DNA from: Alphaproteobacteria bacterium | GTDB lineage: Bacteria; Pseudomonadota; Alphaproteobacteria; JACZXZ01 | Reading direction: 5' to 3' | Length of the DNA: 52,156 nucleotides | Assembly: GCA_035272805.1 (NCBI GenBank) | Contig: DATEQI010000307.1 | Span: forward strand, 1 to 52,156 | Part shown: in pieces, positions 45,884-52,156 of the stretch | Numbering within the stretch: the stretch's first letter is position 1 | Layout: each line of letters begins with the position of its first letter | The notes under the pieces: model-generated | What the model was told of the DNA's origin: nothing | The model's database searches: none | The model's input: the letters and a program-made list of their open reading frames with translations, nothing else | Position numbers and translations under genes: made by a program

Positions 45884-47251
45884 TCATAGCGACGTCATCA
45901 CGCGTCTCGCGAGACCGAGTCCTTCGGACCAAAATCTGTTGGAGGTATGCATCGAATCCACAATCTGCTCGATCGCACGCACGAACTGGTCGAGCTGCGC
46001 ATCATCGATTGCAAGCGGAGGAGAAATCTTCAACACCATGAAGTTGTTGCCGCAAATCTGGCAAAGTATTCCGTGATCCCGGAACATCCGCATCACCACG
46101 ATCTGCCCGAATATTGCCGGATGAATTTTCGCAAATGCCTCGAAGGGCATTCGAAGCTTGAGAGAACGAGGAGCCCTGAACTCGATTGCGTTCAATAGGC
46201 CGAGCCCCCGAACCTCGCTGATCATTTCATATTTCGCCAGACGCTCTTCGAGTGTGCGGCGGAGATTCTCGCCCGACGTCGTCGCGCGCCGCCCGAGCCG
46301 CTCGTCTTTTAGAATATCCAGGGTGACCAAGCCGGCGCGCATCGCGAGGCCGTTTTCGCTGAAGGTGGAGGTGTGGATGAGCGCGCGCTGCAGCGAGCTG
46401 AAGACAGAGCGGCAGACGGCATCGGACATCAGCACGGCACTGCATGGCACCAACCCGCCGCTAAGCGCTTTGGCCAGAACGACCATGTCGGGCTCGACGC
46501 CGAAGTGGTGTGCAGCGAGGAAAGGGCCAGTCCTATGGAGGCCGGTTTGAACCTCATCCAGGACGAAGAGCGTATGGTAACGGCGGCAAAGTAATTGAAC
46601 GGTGGAGAGGTACTCCTGCGGCGGCATGAGAACGCCGCCCTCGCCCTGGATCGGTTCCAGTATGAATGCGGCGAAAGATTTGGTGGCGAGCTTGCCCTCC
46701 AGCCCCTCGGTGTCGCCATACGGAATGAAATCTACGTTGGGGAGCAACGAGCCGAATCCTTCCTTCCAGAAGCTATTCGACATCAAGGAGAGCGCCCCGC
46801 ACGTGAGACCATGGAAGCCCCCGGCCGCGCACAGAATATCGGGGCGTCCGGTGTGCGCACGGGCGAATTTGATGGCAGCCTCGATGCCCTCGCTGCCCGA
46901 GCTCCCGAAGAAGGCTTTGCCGAGGCGACCGCCGGCGAGCTCGCAAAGCGCCGCGGCAAGTTCCCCTGCGAGCTCGGCAACGTGGCTCTGCAGCATCGCC
47001 GGCCCGGCCTTATCAAGCTCGTCTTTGAGAGCCGCGACGGCGCGGGGATGATTGTGGCCTATGTTATGAACGCAGTACCCTGAATTGAAGTCCAAAATTC
47101 TTCGGCCGTCCGCCGTATGAAGTTCGGCTCCGCTACAGCGCATGTAACTCACGTTCATCTGCAATACGTCGAGCAATCTGACCCATTGTGGATTGACGTA
47201 ACGCTCGTAGAGACCCGCCGGACGATTGTCGCTACGGATTGCTCGTAACAT
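45884..47251 (-). CDS. Class III PLP-dependent aminotransferase
   Basis: 455 aa. GSEGIEAAIKFAR, DEVQTGLHRTG, and PLP-lysine block DMVVLAKALSGG. AGGAGG lies 5 nt upstream of the ATG. Confidence 0.88.
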   Translation of the reverse strand: MLRAIRSDNRPAGLYERYVNPQWVRLLDVLQMNVSYMRCSGAELHTADGRRILDFNSGYCVHNIGHNHPRAVAALKDELDKAGPAMLQSHVAELAGELAAALCELAGGRLGKAFFGSSGSEGIEAAIKFARAHTGRPDILCAAGGFHGLTCGALSLMSNSFWKEGFGSLLPNVDFIPYGDTEGLEGKLATKSFAAFILEPIQGEGGVLMPPQEYLSTVQLLCRRYHTLFVLDEVQTGLHRTGPFLAAHHFGVEPDMVVLAKALSGGLVPCSAVLMSDAVCRSVFSSLQRALIHTSTFSENGLAMRAGLVTLDILKDERLGRRATTSGENLRRTLEERLAKYEMISEVRGLGLLNAIEFRAPRSLKLRMPFEAFAKIHPAIFGQIVVMRMFRDHGILCQICGNNFMVLKISPPLAIDDAQLDQFVRAIEQIVDSMHTSNRFWSEGLGLARRVMTSL

Positions 47252-47406
47252 ATGAGCCTCCTAAATATTCCAGTGCACGTGATTAGCTTTGCCGCTGCGA
47301 GCTAGAACATCGACGGCGCGTAGCGCTTTTTCACCGCGCCGGTGACGGTGGACAAACCGGCAGCGCCGGCGCCGATAACACGAGAGCTTGAGGGCGAACG
47401 CTTCGC

Positions 47407-48270
47407 TCATTCAGATTGCCTCTCGTGCCCGGCTTGCCGGCGCTTGTAGAGAACCGGTATCAGCGCAAGCACTGCAAGACCTGCGATCGGCAACAGCACG
47501 CTCGGCCGAAACACAATGCCGAGATCGGGTGCCCGGCCCGCTGCGACGACGTCGCCCATGCCGGTGCCGAGAGAGACAAAGACGAAGCTGCCCGGAATGA
47601 TCCCGAGGAAAGTGCCGAGGACATAGATGGCAAGCCGCATGCCGGCGAGTGCCGCGACGAGGTTGACAAGCCAAAACGGAAAAATCGGAATGAGGCGCAA
47701 GACCAGGAGATAGTTGAACGCGTCGGCGCGGAAGCCGGCTTTGAGCCGGTTCGCGCGCGGTCCGGCACGCTTGGCGAGGCCGCCGAGTCCGGCTCGCGCA
47801 GCGAGAAAGACCGCCGTCGCTCCGATTGTCGCGCCCATGACCACATAAAGGAGGCCCGGCCAGAGCCCGAACAGGAAGCCGCCGGCGATCGTCAGGATCG
47901 CGCCGCCGGGCACCGATACCGCCGTCTGGCCCGCGTAGACGGCAATGAAGCAGAGTGCTGCCACCACGCTCGAGCGCGCCACCAGCCCGCGCATCCATTC
48001 GCTGTTCTCCGCGAGCGCGGCGAACGTCAGGTAATGACGCCCGCCGAGAAGCATGAACAAAGCGCCGGCCACGGCGAGAAGCAGCAGCGGCAACAGACGC
48101 CGGACCGAAATGGCGTGTGACGACGAAACATCGCCACGCTTGAGAGAGCGTTGAGAACCGGTCACAGCGCGCGGTGCGTTGTTCGCGCGGCCGCTGATAG
48201 CCGCGTCCGTGGGCAAGCGGGGGAGCGTCACGCGATCATACCCGCTCGGGCGCCTGAGCGGTCTTCGCAT
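47407..48270 (-). CDS. TVP38/TMEM64 (DedA-related, SNARE-associated/VTT domain) membrane protein
   Basis: Polytopic. FNYLLVLRLIPIFPFWLVNLVAALAGMRL is the VTT-domain re-entrant signature. The ATG at 48270 overlaps the upstream gene by 35 nt; the GTG at 48165 is an alternative start. Confidence 0.75.
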   Translation of the reverse strand: MRRPLRRPSGYDRVTLPRLPTDAAISGRANNAPRAVTGSQRSLKRGDVSSSHAISVRRLLPLLLLAVAGALFMLLGGRHYLTFAALAENSEWMRGLVARSSVVAALCFIAVYAGQTAVSVPGGAILTIAGGFLFGLWPGLLYVVMGATIGATAVFLAARAGLGGLAKRAGPRANRLKAGFRADAFNYLLVLRLIPIFPFWLVNLVAALAGMRLAIYVLGTFLGIIPGSFVFVSLGTGMGDVVAAGRAPDLGIVFRPSVLLPIAGLAVLALIPVLYKRRQAGHERQSE

Positions 48271-49132
48271 AGGTCGCGGTGTCGTTCAGCCGCCAATCGT
48301 AAGCGTCTGCGGAAATGGTCTCGAAGGCTGCCAGCATCCGCGCGGTGATCGGATTGGCAAATCGGCGAAGATGGGCGAGAACGCCTTGCCAAGTGCCGTC
48401 AAAATCCTCCTTGTACCAGCTGTATATCGATGAGACCGTAAGGCCGCCGGCTTCGGCCCTCGCACCTCGCGGGTGATTGACGTAGAGGCGCGCTCCGCGA
48501 TCGAGCATGGCTTCCAGATTGGCGGCGGTGAAGGGGGCCGGCATCAGCGTCGGACACCCGATCGAGGCGCAATTGACCGCATAATGGATACGGTTGTCTT
48601 TGAACAGCGGCCGCAAGATGCGATGTTCGATGTCATCGAGTGCTAACGCTTCGCCTTCGATCTGGGCAAGCTTGGCCTGCCATGGCCCCGAGCCGCCAGT
48701 GATGAAGGTCGGGAGGAATGAGCCGCCAAGGGAGAGCTCGCGGATCGACGCCACGGGATAATGGTCGAGAACGACCTTGACCGTCAGCGCATTGTAAAGA
48801 TTTACCCAGTAAGCGAATTGCTCTGCCGGGTTCAACGAGTGCACCGGCACCTTGGACATCTCCTCGAGATACCGCTCCAATGCCCGTCGATCGAGGACGG
48901 ACACTTCACCGTAGCGCAGTCGATTTATCCCGTCCGGCTCCTCGATGAGATAGCGGCGCAGGAATATCCCCCAGGGTTCATGATCAATGACGGCCCGGGA
49001 GGTCGGGTCGTTCGCCGCCCACTTCTGCCAAAGTCGCGCGGTCGGAGCCGATAGTCCTGATCGCGATGCGAGGGAGCTCGCGATCAATGCGAGACCTCCG
49101 CCAAGCACTGCGCGTCGTAAGATGGGTCTCAT
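48236..49132 (-). CDS. DUF547 domain protein, secreted
   Basis: YWVNLYNALTVKVVLDHYP...IEHRILRP...RIHYAVNCASIGCP is the DUF547 core. The start is set at MRPILRRAVLGGGLALIASSLA, a Tat-like signal. Confidence 0.75.
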   Translation of the reverse strand: MRPILRRAVLGGGLALIASSLASRSGLSAPTARLWQKWAANDPTSRAVIDHEPWGIFLRRYLIEEPDGINRLRYGEVSVLDRRALERYLEEMSKVPVHSLNPAEQFAYWVNLYNALTVKVVLDHYPVASIRELSLGGSFLPTFITGGSGPWQAKLAQIEGEALALDDIEHRILRPLFKDNRIHYAVNCASIGCPTLMPAPFTAANLEAMLDRGARLYVNHPRGARAEAGGLTVSSIYSWYKEDFDGTWQGVLAHLRRFANPITARMLAAFETISADAYDWRLNDTATYAKTAQAPERV

Positions 49133-49210
49133 CGACAAGCACCTCGCCGCTATTGCGTCATGATGGGACAAAGGCGTCCCCGTCGTTCCTGCCGCAGACG
49201 GCAAGCAACG

Positions 49211-50791
49211 CTAGTTGCCGCTCACCCGCGGCCGGTTCGGAAGGTCAGCCGGCGGCAGGATCTCAAATCGCCGCTCGATCAAATACGCGTCGTCGAACTG
49301 ACGTCGGCCGACCAGCGCGGTGGCGTGCCGCCCCCATTCCCGCATGGCGCCGGCGTCCTCGATGCCCAACGGCCAGGTGAACAGCCGCTCACCGCGATCC
49401 GTGCCGGACACGATGCCATTCGCTCCGAAGGCGCTGCGCGTGCCCTCGGCGGTTGGAAGCGTTCGCAGTTCGCTGTCATCCGCCATGGTGTAGATCACAC
49501 CATGGTTGCCGGTGTCCGGGTGAACGTCGGTGAGATAGTGGCTGCGGCTTGTCACACGAACGAGAACGCGCTGGGGCGCCTCAAGTGCGGGCAGGGCAAG
49601 CGGCACGAATGCCCATTCGGCCTGCGGGTCCGGCGCCGGCAAGGGTCTTACCCGCGACGTCGGGAAGAACATGTGGTAGCAGCCGCAAAGGTGGATTGAG
49701 TCGTAGACGAGCGGGCGCCCCGATTGATCCAAAGTCACCCGAAAGACGATCCCATCGAGCTTTCCCGACAACAGGTCCAACGAGCCGCTCTGCGGGCGCT
49801 CCGGAAACCAGATCATGTAGATCAGCTGGACGAGAGTCCGTTCGCCGTAGCGCGTGAAAGCGAGGCGGCGATACACGGTGGGGCGCGAAACCTCCACCTC
49901 GGGTGCTTCGCCGGCACCCCATTTTAGAGGCCCGAACCGATCGTACTGACCGGTGGTCTCGATCTCGAATACGGGAGCGAACGTCGCGAACAAGATCTCG
50001 CTCTCGCGCTCGCCAAATTGCGGGATGCCGAGCGCATCCGCCCTTGCATTTGCGATAATCGAGGAAATACGCTCGGCCGGCGCGGCGTTGTCCGACGGCT
50101 GGTATCGAACGAGATCCTGTTGCGCGGCGGTCCCCGCCGCCGCATGCTGGAACATCGCGGTCGCTTCGTCCTGCCATCCCTTGGCAAATTCGAAGAACAC
50201 TGCGCTGACGACGGAATATAACCCCACAAGGCGCTTCCAATCGGCATAGTCATCCGGCACCTGCGCGCGCTCGACTAACATGCTTTTCCGTGAAGCGGTC
50301 GTTGCATCAAGCCTCGCTAGAGCAACGGCACATCGATCGGTACGTGCCGCCGCTTGCGACGGACTCTTGACTCCAAGGCTCGTCAGCAGATGCGGCGGCA
50401 GGTTTTTCAGCTCGTAACTGCGGGCGCGTTGGTCGAGTTCTCTCAGCCGATTCTCCCATGCCGCAAAGGCGGGCGAATCTATTTTTGCCTGCTCTCGAAA
50501 CGACGCCAAAAAGCGGTTGACGCGCAGATAGGGAAATCCGGGAATTCGATATGCCTCGGCGTCGCGGACGCCCGCGCTGTCGACAATTTCATCGAGCGTC
50601 GTGAACCAGCCCGCACACTCTTGAACGTCCGCCGACCCGACCTCGAAATTAGAGCGAAGAGGCTGGTCGATCGTTGCGCAACTTACCGCCGATAGCATTG
50701 CCCCGGCCGAGAGAAGTAGTGCGAGACTGCGTCTCCGGCTCCAAGCACGATGCGATAAGCACATGGCGGACGCTCTAGCTTCGCAGTTCAA
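49211..50791 (-). CDS. Large lipoprotein of unknown function
   Basis: 526-aa ORF. Signal plus lipobox LLLSAGAMLSAVSC. No catalytic motif recognised. Coding-like codon bias. Confidence 0.55.
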   Translation of the reverse strand: MNCEARASAMCLSHRAWSRRRSLALLLSAGAMLSAVSCATIDQPLRSNFEVGSADVQECAGWFTTLDEIVDSAGVRDAEAYRIPGFPYLRVNRFLASFREQAKIDSPAFAAWENRLRELDQRARSYELKNLPPHLLTSLGVKSPSQAAARTDRCAVALARLDATTASRKSMLVERAQVPDDYADWKRLVGLYSVVSAVFFEFAKGWQDEATAMFQHAAAGTAAQQDLVRYQPSDNAAPAERISSIIANARADALGIPQFGERESEILFATFAPVFEIETTGQYDRFGPLKWGAGEAPEVEVSRPTVYRRLAFTRYGERTLVQLIYMIWFPERPQSGSLDLLSGKLDGIVFRVTLDQSGRPLVYDSIHLCGCYHMFFPTSRVRPLPAPDPQAEWAFVPLALPALEAPQRVLVRVTSRSHYLTDVHPDTGNHGVIYTMADDSELRTLPTAEGTRSAFGANGIVSGTDRGERLFTWPLGIEDAGAMREWGRHATALVGRRQFDDAYLIERRFEILPPADLPNRPRVSGN

Positions 50792-51003
50792 TATTCTCGG
50801 AACCCACGGCGTCGAGTGGCGTTCCCAAGATGCCGGTCGCCGTTGCGGCGGCCATTGGCCTTGCGATCGGAAAGCAGGCGCGCGCCGTAATGTTGCTCAT
50901 CCTCCCACCCTTGATCTGCATCCTGCGTCGAAACGAATCGTACCGCCGCTTGCCTTTCCGCTCGCTGACATACGCTTGAACCTTTGCTCTTGGCTTGCTG
51001 GAC

Positions 51004-51345
51004 CTAGCGGTCTATTACGCACGTGTCGCGGTGCTGTCGGCTCTTGGCAATGGACTCCTTGAGCTTCCTTCTTGCGTCCCTGACGCATTCCCACACGGTC
51101 TCGGGGCTCAATCGATCGCTTGCCATCAGGAGCCGGGCAATCGGGTCATCAAGTAGCTCTGCAATGGTTGGCTCGCGGCCGGTATTGTGCATCGCTACAC
51201 CCATCTCGCGTGATGTGTCCCCGCCGATCGAGTCTCGGGCATAATCAGCCCCTCGTACGATCCATGAGTTGCTCCGGCCTTTCCTCCAGGGCCGACAATG
51301 GGTTTCAAGATACTCAGTCGTCATCTCAGTAAGCATGGTGCCCAC
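51004..51345 (-). CDS. Small hypothetical protein (start uncertain)
   Basis: 113-aa ORF. Its C-terminal 60 aa (EPTIAELLDDPIARLLMASDRLSPETVWECVRDARRKL) look like a small helical protein. No family recognised. Confidence 0.3.
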   Translation of the reverse strand: MGTMLTEMTTEYLETHCRPWRKGRSNSWIVRGADYARDSIGGDTSREMGVAMHNTGREPTIAELLDDPIARLLMASDRLSPETVWECVRDARRKLKESIAKSRQHRDTCVIDR

Positions 51346-51663
51346 TCATTCAACGCTGACGTCGAGAGTGCCCTGGTCGCAAGTCCTTGTACGTCGGGAT
51401 GAGGGCGAGCAGGATCTTCGGCGGGAGCATCGCTTGCTAACCTTGCAGGAACCTTTCAAAACGCAGCGGGGTGAACGTCGCTGCGATTATCCGCGTATGG
51501 AGTTGTTTGGAGGAATGTCTGTTGATTGCGCGGGCGTCGACGTCCTCCGTAGGACTCCGATACGCTTCACACCCCGATCCCGGCGGATGCCTTGAGGTCA
51601 CGCTCGCCGATGCGGCGCGCGGCCGCTAGCGCTCGCGGATCGCCGTAAATCAGTTGGATTTTT

Positions 51664-52156
51664 CTAGAGTTCCGGGCCGCCAGTTCGGGAAGGAGCCGTC
51701 GGAGTCGGAAGAGGTGCGGGCCTGCCGCGCCAGCCGTCGAGGAAGAGCCGGACCGCATCGTGCGCCCAGCGGTCGAGCGCCTCCTCCGAAAGCCGCTTGC
51801 CCAAACCGAGGGCACGGCGCTGCGGGCCGGCGACGACCATCAGCAGGAATTGCTCGGCCGCGAACTTGGCATCGCGCTGAGCGGCATGCTCGGCGCGCGC
51901 GTGGCGCTCGAGAAGGCCGGCGATGCGGTCGATGGCTTGCTGGCGCGCGCCCTGCTCGTTCAACACCGTCGCCAACTCGGGAAAGCGAGTCGCCTCCGCG
52001 ATGACCACCCGTTGCAGCGCGAGCGCCTGGGGCGAGAGCGCCAAATGCACGATCGTGCGCGCCAGGCGCTCGAGGGTCTGCTCGAGGCTGGCGCCAGCGA
52101 AGAGCTGAGCGTCGTTGGCGGGGCGCATGCGCTCGACGAGGCGATGCACCACGGCG
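51664..52156 (-). CDS. TetR/AcrR-family transcriptional regulator, C-terminal part (N-terminal HTH beyond the window end)
   Basis: The ORF is open to the window edge. The helical ligand-binding domain pattern (LERLARTIVHLALSPQALALQRVVIAEATRFPELA...AEQFLLMVV) is typical of TetR C-terminal domains. Confidence 0.7.
   Translation of the reverse strand, partial: AVVHRLVERMRPANDAQLFAGASLEQTLERLARTIVHLALSPQALALQRVVIAEATRFPELATVLNEQGARQQAIDRIAGLLERHARAEHAAQRDAKFAAEQFLLMVVAGPQRRALGLGKRLSEEALDRWAHDAVRLFLDGWRGRPAPLPTPTAPSRTGGPEL

Noticed and set aside
1-52156. Search for CRISPR arrays, tRNA/rRNA genes, integrase genes or att-like direct repeats at the borders of the putative islands.
   Set aside because: By-eye inspection of the intergenic regions found no regularly spaced repeats, cloverleaf-like sequences or recombinase motifs. 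A tRNAscan or Infernal run would be needed to be certain.

Overview
High-GC, almost fully coding chromosomal window. Gene content suggests an alphaproteobacterium, probably Hyphomicrobiales, but that is inference only. No rRNA, tRNA or CRISPR array was seen.

Left to right:
1. Acetate-switch locus (1-9165): a partial symporter-type sensor kinase, a CBS/DUF294 nucleotidyltransferase, actP-yjcH, a LuxR-type response regulator, and a 1207-aa symporter-domain hybrid kinase (CrbS/CrbR-like).
2. Small toxin-antitoxin islet (9.2-11.7 kb): a class II Fic protein whose N-terminal half looks AbiEi-like, then brnT (frameshifted in a T-run) and brnA.
3. ettA.
4. The most unusual part (13.5-24.5 kb): a translationally coupled operon of myo-inositol-1-phosphate synthase, HAD hydrolase, NTP transferase, ATP-grasp enzyme, class III aminotransferase and Gfo/Idh/MocA oxidoreductase. 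It converges on a CDP-alcohol phosphatidyltransferase that carries a degenerate nucleotidyltransferase-like N-domain. That gene is divergently paired with an LPG-synthase-TM/HpnL-like membrane protein and followed by an MMPL/HpnN-like transporter. I read this as a candidate, uncharacterised cyclitol or aminocyclitol phosphate head-group (or solute) pathway with its own export genes.
5. A lower-GC glycosyltransferase gene next to an internally deleted IS1380-family relic, then MlaC/HpnM-like and MlaA lipoprotein genes.
6. ArsR-methyltransferase, metF and metH.
7. From about 34.9 kb, a visibly AT-richer envelope/lipid accessory region. It holds a DUF6134/DUF3108-like secreted protein, an SDR and a membrane desaturase, followed by a second IS relic and an ~81-bp inverted-repeat pair bracketing a second mlaA plus a secreted hypothetical. 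An OmpR/HK pair comes next. Then an operon of aminotransferase, type III PKS, flavoprotein and DUF3108, followed by TVP38, DUF547 and a large lipoprotein, with a partial TetR regulator at the right edge.

Many long ORFs in the six-frame track are antisense or out-of-frame GC artefacts and were rejected.
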